From: an uncultured Gemmatimonadales bacterium
Lineage (GTDB): Bacteria > Gemmatimonadota > Gemmatimonadetes > Gemmatimonadales > Gemmatimonadaceae
NCBI GenBank assembly: GCA_963701965.1
Contig: OY969695.1
Location: 4,544,001 to 4,608,000 of the forward strand
Reading direction: 5' to 3'
DNA: 64,000 nucleotides
Position numbers and translations under genes: made by a program. Of this stretch, positions 41,644 through 53,113 are shown piece by piece. A model generated the notes under the pieces. That model was not told the DNA's origin. It saw only the letters and a program-made list of their open reading frames with translations, and searched no databases. How positions within the stretch are numbered: the first letter of the stretch is position 1; each line of letters begins with the position of its first letter.

Positions 41644-43686
41644 ATGGCCATATCCGCCCGGATAGAGGAACTGGAAAGGAAGTTCAACGAGAATCCTCGG
41701 CGATACTTCGCGCCGCTCGCCAACGAGTACCGTAAAGCGGGCGATCTGACGCAGGCCATCTCGATCTGCCGCTCGTACGTGCCACAGCAGCCGGCCCACA
41801 TGAGCGGGCATATCGTGTTCGGGCAGGCCCTGTTCGAGGCCGGTGAGTTCGAGGAAGCCCGTGGCGTTTTCGAGTCCGCGCTCCAGCTCGATCCCGAGAA
41901 TTTGATCGCGCTGCGCCATCTCGGGGACATTGCGCGGGAACGGGGGCAGATTACGGCGGCCCGCACATGGTACCGGCGGGTCTTGGACGCCGACCCCCGC
42001 AACGCGGAAGTAGCGTCGCTCCTTGGTTCCCTTGCCGGGCTGACCGACACGCAGCCGCCGGCCGAACCGGCGGTGAGCGAGGCCTTGGCCGGATGGCACG
42101 ACATCAATCCGGAGCGCACCCTGGAGCTGCCGCCGGCGCTGGCCGTCGCGCCGCCCCCGGCGCCTCCAGAGCCGGAACCGATGCTGCCGCCGCCAGCCCC
42201 GGAACCGGAGCCGGCCGCGTCTGAGCCGACCCTCGAGGCGGCGCCCGAGCCGGAGCCCGAGCTCGAACGGACCAGTGGGGAGATCGAGGGCTTTTTCAGC
42301 GCCGAGCATGACGCCGAGATCGTGCGGGCGTCGACTCCCGGGGAGCCCGCGCCGGATCTCGGGCTCGAGGTCATGGAGTTCCAGGCGCCCAAGCGCGAGG
42401 AGCGCGCGGGACCCGAGCCCGCCACGAGCGGCCCGGCGGCGTTCGTCACCGAGACGATGGCCGAGTTGTATCTCCAGCAGGGGTTCCGGGACGAAGCCCT
42501 CGGCGTGTATCGCCAGTTGTTGGAGCAGAACCCGTACGACGACAACCTGCGCGAGCGCGTGCTCCAGTTGGAGAGTGGATCGCGTTCCAGCGTGAGCGTG
42601 GCCGCCGTGTCGGATTCGATCATTGACGCGGCGCACATCCGGCGCAACGCGCCGTCCGTCCGGTCGGTGCGCGCGTTCTTCGGCGGGCTGGCCGCGCGTC
42701 GCGTCGCCACTGCGGCGCCCGAGTCCGAGGCCTTCGCGGTGGCCGCCGATCCGGAGCCCGAGCCGGAACCCGAGCCCGCGCCCGATCCGATGCCCACCGC
42801 GGTTGCGCCGCCCGACGCCGAGAGCGGGTCGTACTATAGTGTCGACGCCTATAGCGACGATGCGTTCTCCGAGGATTCGTTCGGGGCCAACGCGTTTACG
42901 GGCAGCCTGAGACCGCGGTCGAGCAAGTCGATTCTCCAGACCGAGGAATACGGCGGGGAGTCGCTGGTGTCGCGCGTCGAAGAGGAAGTCGACGCGTTTG
43001 GCATGCCCATTCGTCGCGAGCCGGCCGACGACGCCGCGACGGATGAAGCCCGTTCGGCCGCACCGGAAGCCCGTGTCGCCGAGCCCGATGTGGCGGAGCG
43101 CGATGTGGCGGAGCGCGATGTGGCGGAGCGCGATGTGGCGGAGCCCGATTTCGCCCAGCCGGGGCCGGTGGCCGAGCCGGAACCAGAGGCGGTCGCGGAG
43201 CCGGTGCTTCACGCTTCGGTGTCCGAGACCGTCGTCGAGCCCGAGCCCGAGGCCGGCAATGACGTGCATGCCTACGCCGCGCCTGCCGAGCCTGCTGCCC
43301 CGGTGGTCGAGGCCGAAGCCGAGGCGGGTTCGGTAGATCAGTTGTTCGGGGACACCCCGGTGGCCGCGACTGATGACGCCGCGGCATCGACCCTCGCCAG
43401 CGCATTCGGCGGCCCGTCGACGCCAGAGGCGACGCGTTCGTCCAGCGAACCCGACCGGACCACACGCCACGCCGCCAACGAGCTATCGTTGGATACCGTG
43501 TTCCGTGAGACGCAACCGTCCGACTCGCGCCGCGAGTCCAGCGCATTCTCGTTCGACCAGTTCTTCGGCAGCGACAGCGCTGGCGAGAACGTGTCGCCGG
43601 TCGAGGGCGCGCCCGAGGCCGACGGTGTCGCCGGATTGGAGACGGAACAATTCAGCAGTTGGCTGTCGGGACTCAAGAAAAAGTGA
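41644..43686 (+). CDS. TPR protein with long acidic disordered region
   Basis: N-terminal RYFAPLANEYRKAG and TPRs, internal FVTETMAELYLQQG TPR, short aromatic islands (FSFDQFF, FSSWLSGL). Confidence 0.8.
   Translation: MAISARIEELERKFNENPRRYFAPLANEYRKAGDLTQAISICRSYVPQQPAHMSGHIVFGQALFEAGEFEEARGVFESALQLDPENLIALRHLGDIARERGQITAARTWYRRVLDADPRNAEVASLLGSLAGLTDTQPPAEPAVSEALAGWHDINPERTLELPPALAVAPPPAPPEPEPMLPPPAPEPEPAASEPTLEAAPEPEPELERTSGEIEGFFSAEHDAEIVRASTPGEPAPDLGLEVMEFQAPKREERAGPEPATSGPAAFVTETMAELYLQQGFRDEALGVYRQLLEQNPYDDNLRERVLQLESGSRSSVSVAAVSDSIIDAAHIRRNAPSVRSVRAFFGGLAARRVATAAPESEAFAVAADPEPEPEPEPAPDPMPTAVAPPDAESGSYYSVDAYSDDAFSEDSFGANAFTGSLRPRSSKSILQTEEYGGESLVSRVEEEVDAFGMPIRREPADDAATDEARSAAPEARVAEPDVAERDVAERDVAERDVAEPDFAQPGPVAEPEPEAVAEPVLHASVSETVVEPEPEAGNDVHAYAAPAEPAAPVVEAEAEAGSVDQLFGDTPVAATDDAAASTLASAFGGPSTPEATRSSSEPDRTTRHAANELSLDTVFRETQPSDSRRESSAFSFDQFFGSDSAGENVSPVEGAPEADGVAGLETEQFSSWLSGLKKK
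43081..43155 (+). repeat. In-frame 15-bp VNTR (ERDVA)
   Basis: GAGCGCGATGTGGCG x3 perfect (43096-43140), flanked by two variant copies. Confidence 0.92.
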
Positions 43687-44132
43687 AGATCGCGGTTCTC
43701 AACGGCCCTAGCCTCAACCTCCTCGGCACGCGAGAACCGGCGATCTATGGGACGACGACGCTCGCCGATATCGAGCGGCGCCTCACCGACGTCGGCCACG
43801 AGTTGCGCGTCGAGCTGGCCTTCGCGCAGCACAATGGCGAGGGCGAGCTGATCGATGCGATCCATGGGCTGCGTGGCATCGCCGCGGGCGCGCTCGTGAA
43901 CGCCGGCGCCTACACGCATACCAGCCTGGCGATTCGCGACGCACTGGCCGCCGCCTCGCTGCCGTTCGTCGAGATCCACCTCACCAATATTTACGCCCGC
44001 GAACCCGAGCGCCGGACGTCGATGCTGGCGCCGGCAGCCCGCGCGGTGCTCTGTGGATTCGGCGCCTACGGCTATGAGCTGGGGCTCCGCGGCCTTGTGT
44101 CGATGTTGACGCCGGGTGCGTCCCGTGCGTGA
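43683..44132 (+). CDS. aroQ: Type II 3-dehydroquinate dehydratase
   Basis: LNGPSLNLLGTREPAIYG, NAGAYTHTS, VEIHLTNIYARE. Confidence 0.95.
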   Translation: MKIAVLNGPSLNLLGTREPAIYGTTTLADIERRLTDVGHELRVELAFAQHNGEGELIDAIHGLRGIAAGALVNAGAYTHTSLAIRDALAAASLPFVEIHLTNIYAREPERRTSMLAPAARAVLCGFGAYGYELGLRGLVSMLTPGASRA

Positions 44133-45216
44133 TCGGCGGCCCGGTCGCATTGCGGCCCTGAGCGACGCCATCGGCGCCGCGCAACTCGACGGACTCCTGC
44201 TGTCCGGCGCGGCCAATGTGCGCTATCTGACCGGCTTTTCCGGATCCAGTGCCCTGGTCTTCGTGACCGCGCGCCGGGAGGTCCTGTTCATCACCGACTT
44301 CCGGTACAAGACGCAGGCCGCCGACGAGGTCGGCGACCTGGCGCGCATCCTGATAGAGCCCCAGAGCCTGTGGACCGGCCTGTGGCAGGCGTTGCCGGCG
44401 TACGGGTACGTGGAAGTCGCCGGCTTCGAGTCGGCGCAGCTGCTCCATCGGGATTTCCAGCGGCTGCTCGATGCCGGCGCGCGGTGGCAGTGGCGGCCCA
44501 CGCTGGACTTGGTCGAGGCGCTCCGTGAGCGAAAGGATGCCGACGAAGTCGCGTCGATCACCGACGCCGCGGGGATCGCCACGCGCGCCCTCGCCCGGAC
44601 GCTGCCCGCGGTGCGCGATGGCATGACCGAATTACAGGTCGCCGGGATTCTGGAAAAGGCGCTGCGCGATGAAGGCTCGGAGACGTTTCCGTTTCCTTCG
44701 ATCGTCGCCTCCGGCGTGCGATCGGCGCTCCCGCACGCGCGCTCCTCGTCGAAAGTCATCGAGCGGGGCGATCTCCTGCTGCTCGATTTCGGCGCCGAGA
44801 CGGCCGGGTACTGCGCCGACGTGACGCGCACCGTGGTCGTGGGCACGGCCAGCGCCGAACAGCGCGAACTGTACGAGATCGTCCGGTGCGCCAACGAGAC
44901 CGCGCGGTCCCAGGTGCGGGCCGGTTTGCGCGGCAAGGATGCCGATGCGCTGGCGCGCGACTACATTGAGCGTCGCGGCTACGGTGATGCCTTTGGCCAC
45001 AGCCTGGGACATGGGCTGGGACTGGAAGTTCACGAGGCGCCGCGTTTGGCGCGGACGGCCGATGCGGTACTGGCGGTCGGCGCCGTCGTCACCATCGAGC
45101 CCGGGATCTATCGTCCGGGTTGGGGTGGCGTGCGGATTGAAGACGACGTGCATTTGGGCCCGGACGGACCCGCCGTTCTCACGAATTTCACGCGCGAACT
45201 GCTCGAGGTCGCGTGA
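44125..45216 (+). CDS. Xaa-Pro aminopeptidase (M24 family)
   Basis: YLTGFSGS, DFG...YCADVTRT, GHGLGLEVHE, TIEPGIY, GVRIED. Confidence 0.94.
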   Translation: MRDRRPGRIAALSDAIGAAQLDGLLLSGAANVRYLTGFSGSSALVFVTARREVLFITDFRYKTQAADEVGDLARILIEPQSLWTGLWQALPAYGYVEVAGFESAQLLHRDFQRLLDAGARWQWRPTLDLVEALRERKDADEVASITDAAGIATRALARTLPAVRDGMTELQVAGILEKALRDEGSETFPFPSIVASGVRSALPHARSSSKVIERGDLLLLDFGAETAGYCADVTRTVVVGTASAEQRELYEIVRCANETARSQVRAGLRGKDADALARDYIERRGYGDAFGHSLGHGLGLEVHEAPRLARTADAVLAVGAVVTIEPGIYRPGWGGVRIEDDVHLGPDGPAVLTNFTRELLEVA

Positions 45217-45244
45217 TCGGAGGATGGGTAATCAACCTCCCCCT

Positions 45245-45760
45245 ATGATCGATCTCCGCTACGTCAAAAAGCTGATCGAGCTCCTCGACGGATCGAGTGT
45301 CGATTCGATCGAAATATCGTCAGATAAAGGGATGAAGATCCGGCTGTCGAAGTCCCCTTCGCAGCGCGGAGCAGTCCAGGTGGCGGCGCCGGTGCAGATG
45401 CCGGTGCTGGCGGCCCAGCCCCTGCCGGTGGCCAGCGCTGGTGGCCGGCTGACCCCGGTCGAAGGCACGGTTGCCGTGCCGGACGCCGACGGCAAGCCGG
45501 AGCCGCCCAAACCGAAGTGGCTGGAGATCAAGTCGCCGATGGTCGGGACCTTCTACTCGGCGCCAGAGCCGGGCGCGAAGTCGTACGTGACCGAAGGACA
45601 GCGCATTACGCGCGGCCAGATGGTGTGCATCATCGAGGCGATGAAGATCATGAACGAGATCGAGTCGGAGTTCGCGGGTGTGGTCAAAGAGATCCTGGTC
45701 CAGGACGCGCACCCCGTGGAGTACGGGCAAGTGCTCTTCCGGATAGATCCCAATGGCTAA
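45245..45760 (+). CDS. accB: Acetyl-CoA carboxylase biotin carboxyl carrier protein
   Basis: IKSPMVGTFY, biotinylation motif IEAMKIMNEI; alternative ATG at 45224. Confidence 0.96.
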   Translation: MIDLRYVKKLIELLDGSSVDSIEISSDKGMKIRLSKSPSQRGAVQVAAPVQMPVLAAQPLPVASAGGRLTPVEGTVAVPDADGKPEPPKPKWLEIKSPMVGTFYSAPEPGAKSYVTEGQRITRGQMVCIIEAMKIMNEIESEFAGVVKEILVQDAHPVEYGQVLFRIDPNG

Positions 45761-46946
45761 CGCCGCGACCGCGCCCGCTTCGGCGTCTGACGCGGCGCCG
45801 CCGGCCGCGCCCGAGACCGGCGCGCCCCAGTTCAATTTCAAGGCGATTCTGCAGGAGATGGTCAAGCAGAACGCGTCCGATCTGCACCTCAAGGTCGGGC
45901 GTCCGCCGACTTTGCGCGTGCAGGGCGAGCTGTCGCCGCTGCCCCACGCCGCGATGCGCCCGGAAGACCTGAAGTCGCTGGCCGAACAAGTCATGTCGCC
46001 GCGCCAGGTCAAGGAATTCGCCGAAAATAAAGAGGCCGACTTTGCCATCGGCGTGCCGGGCATCGGCCGCTTTCGCGTGAACGTGTATCAGCAGCGGGGC
46101 ACGATCGCCTACGCGCTGCGCTCGATCCCCTATCAGACGAGCACGGTGGAGGAGCTCAACCTCCCGGCCATCGTCGAGACGATCGCGCTCAAGCCGCGTG
46201 GCCTGGTGCTCGTCACCGGTATCACGGGGTCGGGGAAGTCGACCGCCTTGGCGGCGATGATCCAGCACGTGAACGAGAAGCGCCACGCCAACATCATCAC
46301 GATCGAAGATCCGATCGAGTTCCTGCATCGCGACATCAACTGTCACATCAACCAACGCGAAGTCGGGACCGACACCGGGAGTTTCTCGCAGGCCCTCCGC
46401 CGGGTCCTGCGGCAGGACCCCGACGTCATCCTGCTCGGCGAGATTCGCGACATCGACACGCTGGACACGGCGCTCAAGGCCGCCGATACCGGCCACCTGG
46501 TGTTCTCCACGCTCCACACTACGGATGCGACCCAGACGATCAATCGCGTGCTGTCGTTCTATCCACCGCACCAGCAGGCCGAGGTCCGATTCTCGCTGTC
46601 GAGCGCGCTGCAGGCCGTGGTGTCGCTCCGGTTGGTCCCGCGCATGGACAAGGCGGGGCGTATTCCGGCCTGCGAGATCTTGATCAACACCGCGGCGGTG
46701 CGCGACAATATTCGGGACATGAACAAATCGCTGAACATTCCCGACCTGATCAAGGAAGGCACGATCCAGTATGGCATGCAGAGCTTCGATCAGTCCCTGA
46801 TGCACTGGTATTCGAAGGGCATCATCTCCTACGACACGGCGGTGTTCTATGCGACGACGCCGAGCGAGTTCGCCCTTCGGGTGCAGGGTGTGGCGGCTTC
46901 CAGCGACACATCGTGGGACGCGTTCCAGTCTGACGCGAACGCCTAG
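45753..46946 (+). CDS. pilT: PilT/PilU family type IV pilus retraction ATPase
   Basis: ASDLHL, RFRVN, GITGSGKST, TIEDPIE, LRQDPDVILLGEIRD, GHLVFSTLHT, GMQSFDQSL. Confidence 0.93.
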   Translation: MANAATAPASASDAAPPAAPETGAPQFNFKAILQEMVKQNASDLHLKVGRPPTLRVQGELSPLPHAAMRPEDLKSLAEQVMSPRQVKEFAENKEADFAIGVPGIGRFRVNVYQQRGTIAYALRSIPYQTSTVEELNLPAIVETIALKPRGLVLVTGITGSGKSTALAAMIQHVNEKRHANIITIEDPIEFLHRDINCHINQREVGTDTGSFSQALRRVLRQDPDVILLGEIRDIDTLDTALKAADTGHLVFSTLHTTDATQTINRVLSFYPPHQQAEVRFSLSSALQAVVSLRLVPRMDKAGRIPACEILINTAAVRDNIRDMNKSLNIPDLIKEGTIQYGMQSFDQSLMHWYSKGIISYDTAVFYATTPSEFALRVQGVAASSDTSWDAFQSDANA

Positions 46947-46955
46947 CCGGTCGGG

Positions 46956-48311
<1,356 letters not shown>

Positions 48312-48312
48312 C

Positions 48313-49059
48313 GTGCGGGTCGATGTCTTTTTCGGCACGGGAGAGCTGGCGGCAGCCGACGTAGGCGGGCGCGTGGTGGCGGTCATCGACGTCCTGCGGG
48401 CATCGACCACGATCGCAGTGGCGTTGGGGAATGGCGCCAAAGCCGTCATTCCGCTCGAGAGCTCCGAGGAAGTCGTCGTCCGATCGAAGTCGTTCGCGAA
48501 ATCGGAGGTGCGGCTCGCCGGCGAGCGGAAGATGCATACGGTGCCGGGGTTCGATTTCGGCAATTCGCCGCGCGAGTTCACACGCGAAGCGGTGGAAGGG
48601 AAGACCGTCCTGTTCTCCACCACGAATGGCACGGGCGCGCTGACGTCGGTGTCGGGCGCGCGGGATGTCGTGGTCGCGGCCTACGTGAATTTCTCGCCGG
48701 TCGTCGCGCTGTTGCGCACCGCGCTCCGGGGCGGCGCCAATGTGGCCATCCTCTGCGCGGGACACGATCGGCATTTCTCGCTGGAGGACGCGGCGTGCGC
48801 CGGACGCTACGTCCGCCTCATGACGAAGAGTCTCCCGGGTGTCGCGCTCAACGACGGGGCGTATTCGGCCACCGTCCTCGACGCCAAGTACCGCGAGAAC
48901 CGCGCGAAGGTCTTCGCGGATTCCGCGCACGGGCGCGCGCTGGCCGAGGCGGGGTTCGCCGAGGACCTGGCGCTGGCGGCGGCGCTGGATGCCTATCCGG
49001 TGGTGCCGATCTATCAGGACCGCCAGATTACGCGCATCGGACCAGATCGGGAGCGGTAA
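48313..49059 (+). CDS. comB: 2-phosphosulfolactate phosphatase family protein
   Basis: VIDVLRASTT, GER, FGNSP, TTNGT, SLED. Confidence 0.9.
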   Translation: MRVDVFFGTGELAAADVGGRVVAVIDVLRASTTIAVALGNGAKAVIPLESSEEVVVRSKSFAKSEVRLAGERKMHTVPGFDFGNSPREFTREAVEGKTVLFSTTNGTGALTSVSGARDVVVAAYVNFSPVVALLRTALRGGANVAILCAGHDRHFSLEDAACAGRYVRLMTKSLPGVALNDGAYSATVLDAKYRENRAKVFADSAHGRALAEAGFAEDLALAAALDAYPVVPIYQDRQITRIGPDRER

Positions 49060-49063
49060 CCTC

Positions 49064-51391
49064 GTGGGCGCATCCCACGTTCGACGCGAGTTGGTCGGCA
49101 TCGCGCTGTTGTCGTTCGGCGCCTTTCTCGCCGGCGCACTTTTGGCCGGCGGCCACGGGCTGCCCTGGACTCCGACAGCGCCGGACGCCTGTAGCACGGC
49201 ACCGGGGATGTTCGGCCCCGTGGGCTCGTGTCTCCGCGCCTATGTGCAATGGCTCCTGGGCGTCCCCGCCGCGCTGCTCCTCCCGTTGATCCCCGCGGTC
49301 CACGCGCTGCGACTGTTCGGCCGCATGCAACAGACGACCGACCGCTCCTGGCTGGTGTTCCTCGCCGGTGGCGTCGTGTTATTGCCCATGCTGATCGGTC
49401 TGGCCGCGCACGTCCCACCGTCGGCCGATGCGGCGAGCGGCATCTGGGGAAGCTTCGCGTCGTACTATCTCCGTTCGTTCTTCGGCGCCGTTGGGGCGTG
49501 GATCGTCGCCGCGCTCGGCGTCAGTGCTTTGACGGCCGCGACGCTGTCGTGGAATCCCATGCGGGTCCTGATCGCGCCGCGCGCCCCGCGCCCCGCGGCG
49601 GCGCCGCCCGACGCGCCCGAGGCCATGGTCGCGCTGGAGCCGGATCCGGACGAACTGCCGGGGATCGACCCGGCGGGCTGGTTCGATGAGCTGCCGCCGG
49701 TCGCGGACAAGCAGCTCTTGCTGGAGGCGCCAAAGCGAAAGGGCCGCGCCAAGCCGCCGCTGGACGTCGAGACGCCGGTGCCGATGACAGCCGACGCGAT
49801 GCAGTCATCGGAGCCGCAGGAGTTGCCGCCCGTTGACCTGCTGACGCCGGCGCCGGAAAAGAATGTCGAGCTGGGGAAGCGCGAGCTCGATGCCATGGGT
49901 GAGAAGCTGCTCGACGCGCTGCGCACGTTCCGCGTCGAAGGCTCGTTGGGCGGCCGGACGACGGGCCCGGTGGTCACGCAGTTCGAGGTCGTGCCCGCGG
50001 CCGGCATCAAGGTGCGCCAGATCGCGAGCCTGGCCAATGATCTGGCGCTGGCGATGCGGGCGCCGAGCATCCGCATCGTGGCGCCGATCCCGGGCAAGGG
50101 CGCGGTCGGCGTCGAGGTTCCGAATCCGGTCGCGGACATGGTCGCGCTGCGCGAGCTCCTGGAGTCCCGCGAATTCCAGACGGCGCGGGCGGCGCTGCCC
50201 ATGGCGCTGGGCAAGGACCTGGAAGGGCGACCGGTGATCGCCGATCTGGCGAAGATGCCGCATCTGCTCATCGCGGGCGCGACCGGGTCGGGCAAGTCCG
50301 TCTGCGTCAACACGCTCATCACGAGCCTCATCTACCGGCATACGCCGAAGACGCTGCGGTTCCTGATGATCGACCCCAAGATGGTCGAGCTGTCGGTGTA
50401 CAACGCGCTGCCGCACAAGCGGCTGAACGTCGTGACCGACAATCGGGACGCGGCCAAGGTCCTCAAGTGGGCCCAGTGGGAGATGCAGCGGCGCTACGAG
50501 CTCCTGGCCGCGAATGGCTGCCGCAACGTGCAGGAGTTCAACCGGCGGGTGGAGAACGGCGCGGCGCTGGTGCATCCCAAGGACGCCGAGGTGGCGTTCG
50601 AGAACCGGACGTACGCCGAGGGGCAGCTGCCGTACATCGTCGTCGTGATCGACGAGTTGGCGGATCTCATGATGACGGTGCAGGGCGAGATCGAGACGCC
50701 GCTCGCCATGTTGGCACAGAAAGCCCGTGCTATCGGCTTGCACCTGATCCTGGCGACGCAGCGTCCGAGCGTGAACGTGATCACGGGGTTGATCAAGGCG
50801 AATTTCCCGAGCCGGATCGCGTTCCGGGTGGCGTCGCAGGTCGACAGCCGCACGATCATCGACGGGATCGGTGCCGAGTCGCTGCTCGGCAACGGGGACA
50901 TGCTCTTTATCCCCCCGGGGAAATCGGAGCCCTCTCGTCTCCAGGGCGCGTATATCTCGAGCGACGACACCGAGCACCTACTGGGCTGGTACACGTCGCG
51001 TGCTACGGGAGCCGTCACGGTCGACACCGAGCCAGACATCCTGGAGGCCGTCCGGTTGCGCGAGCAGGCCGAACGCGATGCGGCCGACGGGGGCGGCGAG
51101 TCGACGGCGGGGAGCGCGGAGCGCGACCCGCTGTTCCGGGACGCCGCCGAGGTGTGCATTCAACACGAGCAGGGCTCGACGTCGCTGCTGCAGCGCCGTC
51201 TCAAAGTCGGCTACGGTCGCGCGGCGCGCATCATCGACCAGCTGCACCTGGCGGGGATTTTGGGGCCGCCGGATGCGTCGAAGCCGCGCGAGGTGCTCGT
51301 GGGATTCGAGGACTTGGACCGCATCTGCGGACCGAAGGGTCGCCGCGGGAGCGGACGCGCGCGGTCGAGGACGCTCGGCCTTAGGGCTTGA
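49064..51391 (+). CDS. ftsK: DNA translocase FtsK
   Basis: N-terminal TMs; PHLLIAGATGSGKS, IDPKMVEL, IDELADLM, ATQRPS, gamma domain LLQRRLKVGYGRAARIID. Confidence 0.96.
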   Translation: MGASHVRRELVGIALLSFGAFLAGALLAGGHGLPWTPTAPDACSTAPGMFGPVGSCLRAYVQWLLGVPAALLLPLIPAVHALRLFGRMQQTTDRSWLVFLAGGVVLLPMLIGLAAHVPPSADAASGIWGSFASYYLRSFFGAVGAWIVAALGVSALTAATLSWNPMRVLIAPRAPRPAAAPPDAPEAMVALEPDPDELPGIDPAGWFDELPPVADKQLLLEAPKRKGRAKPPLDVETPVPMTADAMQSSEPQELPPVDLLTPAPEKNVELGKRELDAMGEKLLDALRTFRVEGSLGGRTTGPVVTQFEVVPAAGIKVRQIASLANDLALAMRAPSIRIVAPIPGKGAVGVEVPNPVADMVALRELLESREFQTARAALPMALGKDLEGRPVIADLAKMPHLLIAGATGSGKSVCVNTLITSLIYRHTPKTLRFLMIDPKMVELSVYNALPHKRLNVVTDNRDAAKVLKWAQWEMQRRYELLAANGCRNVQEFNRRVENGAALVHPKDAEVAFENRTYAEGQLPYIVVVIDELADLMMTVQGEIETPLAMLAQKARAIGLHLILATQRPSVNVITGLIKANFPSRIAFRVASQVDSRTIIDGIGAESLLGNGDMLFIPPGKSEPSRLQGAYISSDDTEHLLGWYTSRATGAVTVDTEPDILEAVRLREQAERDAADGGGESTAGSAERDPLFRDAAEVCIQHEQGSTSLLQRRLKVGYGRAARIIDQLHLAGILGPPDASKPREVLVGFEDLDRICGPKGRRGSGRARSRTLGLRA

Positions 51392-52883
51392 GCGCGTCGA
51401 GATACGAGGTGAACACGCCGACCTCGCCGCGGGGCGCTCGCGAGACCGACGTAGCCGTCGGGGCGCACAAGGTACGCGGCATCGCGATCGAGTCCCGCTC
51501 GCCGGGCCTCTGGCCGCCAGGGGAACGCGTGCAGCACGAGCTTCCGCTGGTCGCACGCCGCGCGTAGCGCGGGCGTGGGGACGCCGTAGACGTGGACTTG
51601 CCAGTCGAGGGATCCAAGCGCAGCGAAATTGTCGCCAGTCCAGGGCAGGCGATCGCCGCCGTGCACGGCACCGGCGCGGCCCTGATTGATCGCCGCCGCG
51701 ATAGTCGATCGCCGATCTGTGAGACGGTGCGGAACATGCAGCCGTCTCAAAGCCGGGATCCGGAACAGCGAGGTGCGACGTACGGGATGACCCGGGTACG
51801 GAGGATCCGGGCGACTGGATCCCGAGCTGGTGACCATCGTGAACACGGCGTCGGTCGAGGCCACGAGGCGTCGCGCGAATGCAATGCGTTCCGGCTCGTA
51901 GCTGTCCAGGAGGGCCGGCTTGGCGCGCCTTGCACCACGGCCGCCAGCTTCCACGCGAGATTGACGGCGTCACCGATGCCGGTATTCATCCCTTGGCCGC
52001 CGACCGGGCTGTGAACATGCCCGGCGTCGCCCACGAGAAAAGCACGGCCGCCGCGGAAATGGTTGGCGACGCGATGATGCACGCGATAGGTCGAGAACCA
52101 GTTCACGCGGTGGACGTCGATGCGCATCCACCCGAGCACGAGCTAGCTCACGTCGTCCCAGGTGAGACCATTGGCGTTCGGCGTCGCGCCGACTTTGACG
52201 GCGCCCACGATTCGCGCCCGCGTCGTGCTCTTGAGGGGGAACACGGCGATAAAGTCGGTGACATCGAACGCGACGTGGATGTCGCCGTTGATGGCGGGTC
52301 CGCTGGCATCGACGTCGGCTACGTAGAATGTGTGCTCATAGGTGCCGCCGCCGAACCCGATGCCCAGGGTCTCGCGCACGGTGGAGCGGGCCCCGTCGCA
52401 CCCGGCGATGTATTGGGCTTCGCACGTCTCGGTCTGCCCGTCGGGCATCTGCAGCGTGGCGACGACGCGATCGCCCGTATCCCGAAACCCAGTGAGCGCC
52501 GTTTGCCGCTCCACCGTGACGCCGCGCTCGGCCAGCCGCCCGAGCAGCAGCGTCTCGTGCTCATCCTGCGGGAAGATCAGCAGGAACGGAAACGGGCTGG
52601 ATCCCGCGCCGACATCGCCGATCGCGACCCGCGCCAGTTGATGCTTGCGCGCCCAGAAGTTGGCGCCCGTCACGCGCCGGCCACTCGCGATGACGTCGTC
52701 GGCGATGCCCAACTGCTGGTAGAACTCGAGCGTTCGTGCCTGCACGCCGAGCGCCCGAGACGTAGTCCCCGACTCGGTACTCTTGTCGATGATCCGCACG
52801 CGCACGCCCAGTCGCGTCAGCCAGAGGGCCAACACGAGGCCAGTGGGACCCGCGCCAACAATGAGCACGTCGGTCTGAGGCAC
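51381..52883 (-). pseudogene. FAD-dependent monooxygenase (PheA/TfdB-like), disrupted as read
   Basis: [44 protein letters not shown]; in-frame TAG at 52145-52143 and about seven frame switches between ~51930 and ~51430. Confidence 0.85.
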
Positions 52884-52926
52884 CCCTATAACGTACTGGG
52901 CCTGCCCCGTGCGGCTCGGGTGGCAC

Positions 52927-53060
52927 TTGCACTTTTCGCATTTTTCGCGCGAATTCGCACTCGTTAAATGCAAATAAATGCAAATCGCCGACTCCTGTTT
53001 TCGCTAATCTCTGATCGGAGAACGACTTAGCAGCGAGCAGGTCCGGGCATTCCGCGTGCT
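52927..53060 (+). promoter_or_regulatory. Candidate sigma54 promoter with upstream activator-like repeats
   Basis: GG-N10-GC at 53046-53059 (GGCATTCCGCGTGCT); TAAATGCAAA x2 at 52965-52984 opposed by TTGCACTT/TCGCATTT at 52927-52943. Confidence 0.45.
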
Positions 53061-53113
53061 AATAATAGAGAGGGCTCCGCAGTTCCACAGTTCCCTCTCA
53101 TCGTGGAGTCCAC

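Noticed and set aside
48313..49059. Coenzyme M biosynthesis
   Set aside because: ComB-family phosphatases are widespread without the pathway; no comA/C/D/E here.
52143..52145. Pyrrolysine or stop-codon recoding at the in-frame TAG
   Set aside because: The same gene has many frameshifts, TAG ends ordinary genes here (e.g. secA, ssb, accC) and no pyl genes are visible.
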